Source: a virus (taxonomy: Duplodnaviria; Caudoviricetes). From it: DNA of 53,020 nucleotides. Positions 29,790 through 39,166 of this stretch are shown here, one piece after another. The first letter of the stretch is position 1. Each line of letters opens with the position of its first letter. Below the pieces are notes generated by a model, which was given only the letters and a program-made list of their open reading frames with translations, made no database searches and was not told the DNA's origin. The position numbers and the translations under genes were made by a program. Location: the IMG/VR virus record IMGVR_UViG_3300043419_000168, positions 1 to 53,020 of that record; one strand, written 5' to 3'.

Positions 29790-30402
29790 CATTGATAGTT
29801 ACGTAAGTTTGATCGTCTAAGTTAGTTTCTGTATATCTTTGGACATATCCAGGAGTTACAAAAATCTCTCCGATATTTCCTTTAATACCGTAACCAGTTC
29901 CAATAAGGTTTTGGCTTACGATATTTTTATCAACTGTTTGAACACCACCACGAGTGTCAGCGAAGTATGTCACTGGACTATTTTGACTAGCATTAACAAC
30001 AAATGTGAACACTAATGGAGTGAACTCATAACAGTGTAATGGGATATGCTCGAACTTTTGTTGGAACAATGTATTTGCACCAATAATCATTGGAGGTCTT
30101 TGGTTTTCTCCAGAAAATAGTGGAAGATTATCACAAATTTCATAAATCACTTCCTTTAGTCTATTTACAGCTGGATGGTCTAGTTTCATAACATCAACAT
30201 ACGCATTTGCTTCTGTAGCGTTAGATGAATCTGACAAATCCATTAATGTTTGCGCAATTTTGTTCCAATCAGAGAATGTATAGCTTCTGAATAATGTTGG
30301 AAACATTACTTTTTCATGAGTTTGCGTAACTGGGGTGTAATCAAAAGCAGGAAGTTCAGATTCTTGAACAATTCCGTTTTGTGGTGCTTGGATGTTTTCC
30401 AT
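29764..30402 (-). CDS. 2OG-Fe(II) oxygenase-like (TIGR02466-type) protein with apparently degenerate metal ligands
   Basis: MFPTLF, IPLHCY, TYFADTRG, GEIFVTPGYVQRYTETN...VTINV follow the family layout; SD GGAG and late promoter motifs upstream. Confidence 0.55.
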   Translation of the reverse strand: MENIQAPQNGIVQESELPAFDYTPVTQTHEKVMFPTLFRSYTFSDWNKIAQTLMDLSDSSNATEANAYVDVMKLDHPAVNRLKEVIYEICDNLPLFSGENQRPPMIIGANTLFQQKFEHIPLHCYEFTPLVFTFVVNASQNSPVTYFADTRGGVQTVDKNIVSQNLIGTGYGIKGNIGEIFVTPGYVQRYTETNLDDQTYVTINVMVSFANY

Positions 30403-30444
30403 AGTATCTCCATAAGTTAAAAAGTATCGCTTTCGCTTGTATAT

Positions 30445-30486
30445 TATTTATACAACAATATTTAGCGTTCCAAAATAAGATAAATA
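30445..30486. promoter_or_regulatory. Divergent late promoter motifs
   Basis: Minus strand TATAAATA (30445-30452) and CTAAATA (30459-30465); plus strand ATAAATA (30480-30486). Confidence 0.65.
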
Positions 30487-30509
30487 AGTATGTATATTGG
30501 GAGAAATAA

Positions 30510-30845
30510 GTGGCTACAGTAACAAATCTTTATGTCGATCAGGGTTCTTTTTACAGAACATATGTAACAGTCGCGAATACCGACGGAACACCTATGGACT
30601 TAACTGGATATACAGCAGCTTCTCAAATGAGAAAGTCGTATCAATCAACAGTTGCATACAACTTCACTACTTCTATAAGTAATCCGACTCAGGGTAGAGT
30701 TCGAGTTGAACTATCTTCTGAGCAATCTAGGGCAATCCCAGCAGGTAAGTATCTATACGACCTAGAAGTAACATCTCCTTCTGGAGAAAGAACTAGAGTC
30801 GTAGAAGGTATTGTTTTGATTAACCCAGAAATAACTAAGATTTAA
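30510..30845 (+). CDS. Conserved T4-like virion protein (BppU-N-like fibre adaptor)
   Basis: NLYVDQGS, DLTGYTAASQMRKSY, GKYLYDLEV, RVVEGIV; GTG start with SD GGAG. Confidence 0.7.
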   Translation: MATVTNLYVDQGSFYRTYVTVANTDGTPMDLTGYTAASQMRKSYQSTVAYNFTTSISNPTQGRVRVELSSEQSRAIPAGKYLYDLEVTSPSGERTRVVEGIVLINPEITKI

Positions 30846-30846
30846 T

Positions 30847-31077
30847 ATGGCAGATATCATAGCAACTGTATCAGACCCATATGGTAATACTACTGAGAGT
30901 GGAGCTACTGTAACAGCTAGCCCAACATCAGTTGCACCAAACACAATAGAAAACATGTTGGATGTTGATTTACAGCAACTATCCAACGGATCGATTTTAA
31001 TTTACAAGAATAACACTGCCAAATGGACTGCGTCTGTAAACTTAGACGCCCAGAACATGGAAGGCGGAGAATTTTAA
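30847..31077 (+). CDS. Small fibre-associated protein
   Basis: LDVD...NGSILIY...KW, ends in EGGEF. Confidence 0.6.
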   Translation: MADIIATVSDPYGNTTESGATVTASPTSVAPNTIENMLDVDLQQLSNGSILIYKNNTAKWTASVNLDAQNMEGGEF

Positions 31078-31089
31078 CGGAGACACAAG

Positions 31090-33282
31090 ATGGCATCTAT
31101 AATTCGCATTAAGCGTTCATCAGTTAGCGGAAATCCAAGTACACTTGGTGCTGGTGAGTTAGCCTACTCAAACTTAACAGATAATGGTTCGAATGGTGGT
31201 GATCGCTTATACATCGGTATGGGTAGTGAAACTGCTGGTAATGCTGCGAACCATATCGTTATCGGTGGTAAATATTTCACCGATATGTTGGATCACACTA
31301 AAGGTGTATTAACAGCAAACTCAGCTTTACTTGTTGACGCCAATAGTAAATTAGATAATCTTAAAGTTGATAACTTAGACTTAAATGGTAATGAGTTAAG
31401 TTCAACAAACGCCAATGGTAATATTTTAATTACACCAAATGGCACTGGTAAAACTATCGTTACTAATTTGTATACAGATAGTAACACATCATTAGCTGAA
31501 TACATTCAAGACGTAACTGGCGGTCAGTTAGTTGATAGCTCAGAAATTGCTCCTGCTTACAATGACGTAACAGGAACTACTACTTTAGCACTTAAGACTA
31601 CTGGTGTTACTGCTGGTTCTTATGGTTCTACTACAAAGATCCCTACATTTACTGTAGACACTAAGGGTCGTTTATCTGCAGCTGGTGAAGTTGACGTAGC
31701 TACAACTCTATCACTAATTGGTGATACTGGTTCTGATGGTATTTCATTACTATCAGAAACACTAACAATCGTTGGTGGTGAAGGTATTGATACTGCAGTT
31801 ACAGCTAATACTCTAACAATATCAGCTGAATTAGCATCAACATCAAATAAAGGTGTTGCATCTTTTGAAACTGCAGACTTTAATGTGACTTCTGGTGCAG
31901 TTGAACTAAAAGATACAGTAGTTAAATCATTTACAACTGATTCTGGTTCTCTAACTCCTACTTCACATGGTGTTTCTATTCTCGGCGGTGAAGGTATTGA
32001 TGTAACCCATTCTGGAAATGTTATTACAGTTGCAGGTGAAGATGCATCTACCACTAATAAAGGTGTTGCTTCGTTCAACACAGATAACTTCACTGTAACA
32101 AGTGGCGCAGTTTCTACTAAAACGATCACTCTTGGTAATACAACATTAACTAATGGTTCCACTACTACAGGTATAACTGGTTTAAGTGAAGTAGAAGTTG
32201 ACAACATCAGAGTTGATGGTAATACAATTAGTTCTACAAATACAGATGGTAATATCGTCATTTCTCCAAATGGTAATGGTAGTGTTGATGTTTCTTCTTC
32301 TAGAATAATTAACTTATCAGAACCAGTAGCTGATTCTGACGCAGCTACCAAGTACTACGTTGATGCTGCTCGTTCTGGTCTTGATATTAAGAACTCTGTT
32401 AAAGCTGCTACAACAGCAAACATAACATTAAGCAACACCCAAACCATTGATGGTGTTGCTCTTTCAGTTGGCGATCGTGTTCTTGTTAAAGACCAAACGA
32501 ACTCTGCGCAGAATGGTATCTACGTTGTTGCTTCTGGATCTTGGACTCGTTCTACTGATGCAGATGCTCCAGCTGAATTAAATCCAGGAACTTTCGTATT
32601 CGTTGAACAAGGTTCTGTAAATAGTGATACTGGTTTTGTTGTAGTTTCTGATGGTGCATTAACTATCGGTACTGATCCAATCCAGTGGACTCTATTCTCA
32701 ACATCTGGTACTTTAATCGCTGGTGCTGGTTTATCTAAGAACGGATATACTTTAGAAGTTAACGTAGCTGGTTCTGGTGGTATTGAAATTGTTTCTGACA
32801 ATTTACAATTAAAATCTACAATCGCTGGTGCTGGTTTAATCTATGATTCTGGTGTATTAGATATCGTTGGTACTGCCAACCGTATCACTGTTAGTGCCAA
32901 TGGTATTGACATCGCATCAACTTATGTTGGTCAAACTTCTATTACAACTCTTGGTACTATCACTACTGGTACTTGGCAGGCTGATGTAATTCAAGATGCT
33001 TATATTGCTAATGATTTAACAATCGTTGGTGGTACTATTAATAATACACCTATCGGTGCTACTACTCGTTCAAGTGGTGCCTTCACTACTTTAAGTGCGA
33101 ACAGTACTCTTGGTGTAACTGGTGCTGCTACTTTAGGTTCTACATTATCAGTAACTGGTGCAGCAACTCTAAGTTCTACACTATCTGTTTCTGGTAACGC
33201 TACTTTTGCTGCTAATTTGACTGGAGCTGGTGCTGATACATCTAACTTAGATGGTTTCAACATCGATGGTGGCACTTATTAA
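31090..33282 (+). CDS. Tail fibre-like protein
   Basis: IIRIKRS...GELAY N-terminus; DAATKYYVD, GDRVLVKDQ...NGIY; internal duplications; ends in DGGTY. Confidence 0.78.
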   Translation: MASIIRIKRSSVSGNPSTLGAGELAYSNLTDNGSNGGDRLYIGMGSETAGNAANHIVIGGKYFTDMLDHTKGVLTANSALLVDANSKLDNLKVDNLDLNGNELSSTNANGNILITPNGTGKTIVTNLYTDSNTSLAEYIQDVTGGQLVDSSEIAPAYNDVTGTTTLALKTTGVTAGSYGSTTKIPTFTVDTKGRLSAAGEVDVATTLSLIGDTGSDGISLLSETLTIVGGEGIDTAVTANTLTISAELASTSNKGVASFETADFNVTSGAVELKDTVVKSFTTDSGSLTPTSHGVSILGGEGIDVTHSGNVITVAGEDASTTNKGVASFNTDNFTVTSGAVSTKTITLGNTTLTNGSTTTGITGLSEVEVDNIRVDGNTISSTNTDGNIVISPNGNGSVDVSSSRIINLSEPVADSDAATKYYVDAARSGLDIKNSVKAATTANITLSNTQTIDGVALSVGDRVLVKDQTNSAQNGIYVVASGSWTRSTDADAPAELNPGTFVFVEQGSVNSDTGFVVVSDGALTIGTDPIQWTLFSTSGTLIAGAGLSKNGYTLEVNVAGSGGIEIVSDNLQLKSTIAGAGLIYDSGVLDIVGTANRITVSANGIDIASTYVGQTSITTLGTITTGTWQADVIQDAYIANDLTIVGGTINNTPIGATTRSSGAFTTLSANSTLGVTGAATLGSTLSVTGAATLSSTLSVSGNATFAANLTGAGADTSNLDGFNIDGGTY

Positions 33283-33288
33283 TTTAAG

Positions 33289-33337
33289 CTAAATATATTG
33301 GTGGGATGAAAATCCCACCACTCAGTATATACTGAGT
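33289..33337 (+). promoter_or_regulatory. Late promoter motif followed by a GAAA-loop hairpin and an 18-bp perfect palindrome
   Basis: CTAAATA 33289-33295; TGGTGGGAT-GAAA-ATCCCACCA 33299-33320; ACTCAGTATATACTGAGT 33320-33337. Confidence 0.6.
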
Positions 33338-33365
33338 AATTTGTTTCTACATAGAATAGGTTATA

Positions 33366-33992
33366 ATGTCTAATTCAATTAAAATTAAGCGTTCTGCCGT
33401 CGCAGGAAAAGTTCCACTAACAACAGACTTGTCTCTTGGTGAACTTGCAGTAAACACATACGACGGTAATCTATTCTTCAAAAAATCTACCCTTGGTACA
33501 GAGTCTGTTGTAACAGTAGTATCACTGAATGGTAGTCAAACACTTACCAATAAAACACTAAACAATTTAACGCTAACTGGCACCTTAAATGCTGGTGGCA
33601 GCACAGGTGTAAACGGACAATTTTTAGTTTCTACTGGAACTGGTGTTCAGTGGAAAACACTAGATACAAATACGCTTGATGGGCTTTCTGATGTTGCAAT
33701 CAACTCACCAACTGCTCAGCAAGTTTTAAAATATAATGGTACCCAATGGGTAAATGCTAATAATGATGTTGCAGTAGCTTCAGCGGTTTTCGCTCCGCAG
33801 GCTATGAGCGATTTAGGATCTGTGACAGATTTGGTTATTGGTATATCTGAAGATTTGGGTCTCGTTACTGATATAGCGTATTTCGTTTACGATATGGGAC
33901 AATTGAGAATCGATGGTATTGTTTCTTTATCAAACATCGACCAATCTATCAAAGCAGATTACATTGGTTATTCTATTATTTTTGGATTCTAA
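33366..33992 (+). CDS. Tail fibre-associated protein
   Basis: IKIKRSAVAGKVP...GELAVNTYDG; LSDVAINSP...VLKYNGTQWVN. Confidence 0.7.
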   Translation: MSNSIKIKRSAVAGKVPLTTDLSLGELAVNTYDGNLFFKKSTLGTESVVTVVSLNGSQTLTNKTLNNLTLTGTLNAGGSTGVNGQFLVSTGTGVQWKTLDTNTLDGLSDVAINSPTAQQVLKYNGTQWVNANNDVAVASAVFAPQAMSDLGSVTDLVIGISEDLGLVTDIAYFVYDMGQLRIDGIVSLSNIDQSIKADYIGYSIIFGF

Positions 33993-34004
33993 AGAGGATA
34001 TAAT

Positions 34005-36866
34005 ATGGCACGTCAATTAGTTGAAAAATACATTTTTACACCTGGTATTGCTGGTGAAGGAACGATCAAGTTTCCTGGAAAATGCGATGAAACTCAATTA
34101 TTAATTATCGCGAATAAAACATCTCAAGAAAACATTTACGCTATCGGCGATCCAACAAGAACAGGAACTCTTGTTTATGATCCAAACGATAACTCATCAT
34201 TCTTCTCAGAGCAGACTGGCAGCACAACAGTAACATTCTCTAAAGATACGTCAACAATGTTGGCGTCAGATAAGATTGCAGTTTATACTGATGCACCAAA
34301 ACAGGTTGGTAATATTGTTAGACCTTACGCTTTCGGTGTTGATGCTATTGAGCGTATGCGTACATCAAATCCACAGTCGCTGATTGACGCTGACTTTGAA
34401 TACGGTCTACAAACAACTAAGTGGCAAAACTACACAGATATCCGTGGTATTCCAGGTATCTACGAGCGTCCAGGTCTTGACTTATTCTTGACTAACATTA
34501 CAACTGATGGTAATACTCCATCGTTGATTACAGTAACATGTTCTGCTCCACACAATTTAAATGTTAACGACCCAGTTATTCTTTATGGTCTCGGCAACAC
34601 ATCTAATTATGCTCGTGCCGAAGGTGCGTTCGTAATTAACTCAGTTCCGCACACAACATCATTCACTTACTACGCCAAGGGTATTGTTGGCACAGCTGGG
34701 CAATCTATTTTCACTGGTTCTACTTATGGTCGTCGTGGTGGTTTCTATACTGGCGCATCATTACCGATCGGTTCTATTGTTTCTGACGGAGCAAACCCAT
34801 CAAGAATCACAGTAACATGTACTGCTAATCATGGCTTGGTTCCTGGAGCACCTTTAGTTTCAATCGCAACTTCTTCTGGAACTAATCATAATTTAATCAC
34901 AGGAAACTTCTTTGCAGAATCTGTTCCTTCACAAACATCATTCACTTTCACTGCCCGAGTTGGTGGCGCAGTTGCAAATACTGGGTTAGCATCAAATATG
35001 TTTGTTCGTTCAGATGCCTTTGCCCTACATCGTCCATTCGATGGTGGTGTTACTCTTGGACCATTTCTACCGTCTCATGGTGCTTCTATCTCTCGTCAGA
35101 CTAAGAAGTATATGCGTTACCAATCTGGTAAAGGTGTTCTTTGGACTTCTGGTGTTTTATTCAACCCAGTTCTTAACCTTGACCAAATTTCTGCGTCAGG
35201 AACAACTCCTGGATCTACAGTTACTGTAGTAACAGAAACTGACCACTGTTTACAGGTAGGTGCGACAGTTTTAATTTCTGGTGTTGTTACTGAAGGATAC
35301 AACGGAACATATGGTGTTTCTTCTATCGTGAATGAAAACACATTCACATACGCAGCTGCTAACACATTAGGTTCTACTAGTGCAATTATCACTAACTTAC
35401 CACGTGTAACTGTTAAAAATTGGCATGGAGCATCTGTTCGTGTTGGTGCGTTTGATGATCAAAACGGATTATTCTGGGAATATGATGGTAGAGAGTTAGC
35501 CGTTGTTCGTAGAGCTTCTACTTATCAGTTATCTGGTTTCGTATCAGTAACTCCAGGATCTCAAAGTGTAGTTGGTACTAGCTGCCGTTTCACACAACAA
35601 CTTAAAGTTGGTGATAATATTGTTATTCGTGGTATGACGTATAAAGTTGGTACTATCACAAATGATAATAACTTGACTATCAACCCAGAGTATCGTGGTA
35701 TTAATCCATCTTCTGGTATTAAAATTGCAACTGTTATTGATCAAAGAGTTTCGCAGACAGAGTTTAATATTGATAAGTTAGATGGAACAGGTATTTCTGG
35801 TTATAACATTAACCTTAACAAAATGCAGATGATGGGAATTTCATTCTCATGGTACGGTGCTGGTTTCATTGACTTTATGTGCCGTGGCGGTGATGGTAAT
35901 ATGATTCTTGCTCATCGTATGAAACAAAACAACGTAAATGATGAAGCGTATATGCGTTCTGGTAACAGTGCTGTTCGTTATCAGGCTATTAACGAATCTG
36001 TTATTGGTAGATTATCTGAATCTATGACCAATACTCAAACAACTATTCCTTTAGTTGACGCTTCGCGTTTCCCATCAACTGGGGGTACTGTTTTAATACA
36101 AAACGAATGTATTAACTTTACTGGCAAATCAGGAAATAACCTTACTGGTTGCACTCGTGGTGCAACATTCTCTCAATTCGTTGGTGGTAACAATAGAAAC
36201 TTCACTGGTGGTTCAGCTACTTCTCATAGCTCTGGTAATGGTTACACTTCTGTGACACTAATCAGCTGTACTGCTGCTCCAGTAATTAACCACTGGGGTT
36301 CTTCTTACATTATGGATGGTGGTTTTGACAGCGATCGTGGTTACTATTTTAACTACCCATCTCTATCAAACGAAGTAGCTTCTGGTGCAAGCGAAACAGT
36401 ATTCTTCTTAAGACTAGCTCCATCAGTTTCTAACTCTATCGCTGGCAACTTCGGAGATCGCGATCTAATCAATCGTTCACAATTATTACTACAAAAATTA
36501 CAGATTCAATCTGATAAATCTGTGCAGGTTTACGGTATGTTGAATCCAGGTAACATTGATGCTTCTACATTATCATGGCAGTCAGTTAACACTGCAGCAT
36601 TAGGTTCTCAACCTTCGTTCGCTCAAGTTTCTACAAGTGTTTCTACAGCAGCGACTCCAGGAGAACAGGTTTTCTCAACACTAGGGCAACCAAATGGTTT
36701 TGCTGAGATTGACTTATCAAATCTTAAAGAATTGTCAAACTCAGCTATCGGTGGTTACAGTAACTTCCCAGATGGTCCAGACGTTCTTGCTGTTGTTGTT
36801 AAAAATCTTGAACCTATTACTGCTAAAGTAAGTATAAACTTGTTCTGGTCAGAAGCACAAGCATAA
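34005..36866 (+). CDS. Large virion structural / receptor-binding-like protein with three repeated beta modules
   Basis: RTSNPQSLIDADFEYGLQ, RQTKKYMRYQSGKG, FSWYGAG, HWGSSYIMDGGFD; repeats of the form TVT...H.L..G. Confidence 0.72.
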   Translation: MARQLVEKYIFTPGIAGEGTIKFPGKCDETQLLIIANKTSQENIYAIGDPTRTGTLVYDPNDNSSFFSEQTGSTTVTFSKDTSTMLASDKIAVYTDAPKQVGNIVRPYAFGVDAIERMRTSNPQSLIDADFEYGLQTTKWQNYTDIRGIPGIYERPGLDLFLTNITTDGNTPSLITVTCSAPHNLNVNDPVILYGLGNTSNYARAEGAFVINSVPHTTSFTYYAKGIVGTAGQSIFTGSTYGRRGGFYTGASLPIGSIVSDGANPSRITVTCTANHGLVPGAPLVSIATSSGTNHNLITGNFFAESVPSQTSFTFTARVGGAVANTGLASNMFVRSDAFALHRPFDGGVTLGPFLPSHGASISRQTKKYMRYQSGKGVLWTSGVLFNPVLNLDQISASGTTPGSTVTVVTETDHCLQVGATVLISGVVTEGYNGTYGVSSIVNENTFTYAAANTLGSTSAIITNLPRVTVKNWHGASVRVGAFDDQNGLFWEYDGRELAVVRRASTYQLSGFVSVTPGSQSVVGTSCRFTQQLKVGDNIVIRGMTYKVGTITNDNNLTINPEYRGINPSSGIKIATVIDQRVSQTEFNIDKLDGTGISGYNINLNKMQMMGISFSWYGAGFIDFMCRGGDGNMILAHRMKQNNVNDEAYMRSGNSAVRYQAINESVIGRLSESMTNTQTTIPLVDASRFPSTGGTVLIQNECINFTGKSGNNLTGCTRGATFSQFVGGNNRNFTGGSATSHSSGNGYTSVTLISCTAAPVINHWGSSYIMDGGFDSDRGYYFNYPSLSNEVASGASETVFFLRLAPSVSNSIAGNFGDRDLINRSQLLLQKLQIQSDKSVQVYGMLNPGNIDASTLSWQSVNTAALGSQPSFAQVSTSVSTAATPGEQVFSTLGQPNGFAEIDLSNLKELSNSAIGGYSNFPDGPDVLAVVVKNLEPITAKVSINLFWSEAQA

Positions 36867-36889
36867 ATATATCGAAAGAGGAATTTTAA

Positions 36890-38425
36890 ATGGCAACACA
36901 AGTACAGTTTAGAAGAGGTACCACTACTCAGAACAATGCGTTCACTGGTGCAGTTGGCGAATTAACATACGACGTTGATGTTAAGACCCTGCGAATCCAT
37001 GATGGAACAACTCCAGGTGGCGGTGCCATCGTAGCTACCTTACAGGCTAGCCAGACTTTGTTGTTTAAAACACTTAGTACTGGTTCTGTTTGGCAGGGTA
37101 ATGCTGTTGGATTACAGTACGGTGGTACTGGATCATCATTAACAGCAACACCAGGTGCTGTTCTTTATTCTGGTGTCAGTGGTCTATCACTTTCAGACGC
37201 AGGAACTTCTGGTCAGGTTCTTATCTCTGGTGGTTCTTCTGCGCCAACATGGGTTAATGCCACTTCTCTACAAACTGGTACTGCTGTTAATGCTACTTAT
37301 GCAACTAACGTGGCTGGTGGTTCTGCTGGTCAGTTAGTTATTCAACAAGATACTGACCTAACAACATTCATTACTGCTGGTGCTGCTGGAACATTCTTAC
37401 GTTCTGCTGGTGCTGGTTATGCTCCAACATGGGCGACAGCTGACATTACTATTGGTACAACAGTCATTGACCTTGGTTCTTCAAGCACATCACTAGCTGG
37501 TCTTAATATTTTAGCTGCAACTGGAACAAGTCACTGGACATTACCAGTTGGTACTACTGCACAACGTCCAGCATCGCCAGCCATTGGTATGGTTCGTTAT
37601 AACTCTACTCAATCTACATTTGAGGGTTATTCTTCTGGATCATGGTCATCACTTGGTGGTGTTAAGTCTGTTGATGGATTTACTTATATCATTGCAGAAA
37701 CATCAGCTGGAGCATCGAACGGAGAACTAGAGTTTTACGTAGAAAATTCTGCTGGTAATGGAACGACTAAGGCTGGTGGTTGGACGCAAGCTGCATTAAC
37801 TGTTAATAATAACTTGGTTGTTTCTGGAAACTTAACAGTAAACGGAACAACTACCACTATCAATTCTACAACATTATCTGTAGATGATTTAAACATTGTT
37901 CTTGCAGATGGTGCCACTACTGCAGCTGCAGCTAATGGTGCTGGACTTACAGTTTCTGGTGCTTCTGCAACTATCACTTATGCTAATTCTGACGATTCTT
38001 GGAACATCAATAAGAGATTGAATGTTTCTGGTAACTTGCATGCGACATTAGTTGGTACTGCAAATAACATTCGTGATTATACAATCAATCAAAACTTAGG
38101 AACAGGCAACTCTCCTACTTTTGCTGGCGTCACTTCTGGTTCTTTCCAAACTTCTTCTGACGTAAGATTAAAAACTAACATCGAAGATTCTAACTATGGA
38201 TTAACTGAGGTTCTACAGTTACGTTCTGTTAAGTATGTTAAAGACAGTAAGACAGAAGTAGGTTTTATCGCTCAAGAAATAGAATCAATTTTACCAGAGT
38301 TTGTTGCAGAAAATTCTGATGGTATGAAGACTGTTAACTATGGTCAACTAGTTTCTGTTCTAGTTAAAGCAGTTCAAGATCTTAAATCTGAAGTTGATGC
38401 ACTAAAAGCCCAATTAGGAAAATAA
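36890..38425 (+). CDS. Tail fibre with Mtd-N-like N-terminus and C-terminal S74 chaperone
   Basis: QVQFRRGTT...FTGAVGELT...HDG; LPVGTTAQRP...GMVRYN; SDVRLKTNI...GFIAQE. Confidence 0.85.
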   Translation: MATQVQFRRGTTTQNNAFTGAVGELTYDVDVKTLRIHDGTTPGGGAIVATLQASQTLLFKTLSTGSVWQGNAVGLQYGGTGSSLTATPGAVLYSGVSGLSLSDAGTSGQVLISGGSSAPTWVNATSLQTGTAVNATYATNVAGGSAGQLVIQQDTDLTTFITAGAAGTFLRSAGAGYAPTWATADITIGTTVIDLGSSSTSLAGLNILAATGTSHWTLPVGTTAQRPASPAIGMVRYNSTQSTFEGYSSGSWSSLGGVKSVDGFTYIIAETSAGASNGELEFYVENSAGNGTTKAGGWTQAALTVNNNLVVSGNLTVNGTTTTINSTTLSVDDLNIVLADGATTAAAANGAGLTVSGASATITYANSDDSWNINKRLNVSGNLHATLVGTANNIRDYTINQNLGTGNSPTFAGVTSGSFQTSSDVRLKTNIEDSNYGLTEVLQLRSVKYVKDSKTEVGFIAQEIESILPEFVAENSDGMKTVNYGQLVSVLVKAVQDLKSEVDALKAQLGK

Positions 38426-38426
38426 A

Positions 38427-39164
38427 ATGGCTGTTAATTCAAGAGAATCCCTAAAGCAATACGCACTTAGAGCGTTAGGTGCACCTGTTTTAGAAATTAA
38501 CGTAGACGACGATCAACTAGAAGATCGTCTTGATGAAGCTCTTGAGTATTGGAGACAATACCACTGGGATGGTGTTGAAAAAGTATATCTAAAACATCAG
38601 ATTACAAGTACAGATAAAACTAACAAGTATATTCCAATACCAGACTTAGTTTATGGTGTAACGAGAGTTATCCCTCTATCTCTACAGTCTTCATCTAAAG
38701 ATCTGTTTAATATTCAATATCAGTTAAGATTACACGATCTTTATGATTTAACTTCTACATCAATAATTTACTACAAGTCTATTATGAGTCATATCTCTTT
38801 GTTAGATATGGAACTTAATGGACCACAGATGTTTAGATTTAACAGACTACAAAACAAATTAAATTTAGAAATTAACTGGGATAGCGAAGTTGCTGTTGGT
38901 GACTATGTTATTGTAGAATGTTACCGTGTTTTGGATCCGACAGAATATACAAAAGTTTGGAACGAAGCATGGCTGAAACATTATGTAACTGCATTGTTTA
39001 AAAAGCAGTGGGCAGTTAACATTAAAAAGTTTTCTGGAATTCAACTTCCAGGTGGTGTTACTTTAGACGGTAATGCTTTATATGACGAAGCAACTGGAGA
39101 AATAAAAGAGCTTGAAGATGAGTTAATGAACAAATCTGCTCCCCTTGATTTCTTCTTAGGATAA
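38427..39164 (+). CDS. gp13: Neck protein gp13
   Basis: LRALGAPVLEINVDDDQ, WLKHYVTALFKKQW, KFSGIQLPGGVTLDG. Confidence 0.93.
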   Translation: MAVNSRESLKQYALRALGAPVLEINVDDDQLEDRLDEALEYWRQYHWDGVEKVYLKHQITSTDKTNKYIPIPDLVYGVTRVIPLSLQSSSKDLFNIQYQLRLHDLYDLTSTSIIYYKSIMSHISLLDMELNGPQMFRFNRLQNKLNLEINWDSEVAVGDYVIVECYRVLDPTEYTKVWNEAWLKHYVTALFKKQWAVNIKKFSGIQLPGGVTLDGNALYDEATGEIKELEDELMNKSAPLDFFLG

Positions 39165-39166
39165 TA

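Noticed and set aside
31620-32351. 243-aa antisense ORF and many similar short overlapping ORFs (e.g. 7262..7645, 20629..21021, 48926..49264)
   Set aside because: They lie wholly within conserved structural genes and are expected from codon bias. They have no motifs or expression signals.
36890-37050. Mtd-like N-terminus suggesting a diversity-generating retroelement target
   Set aside because: Only the N-terminal attachment-type motif is present. The C-terminus is an S74 chaperone, not a C-type lectin variable region.
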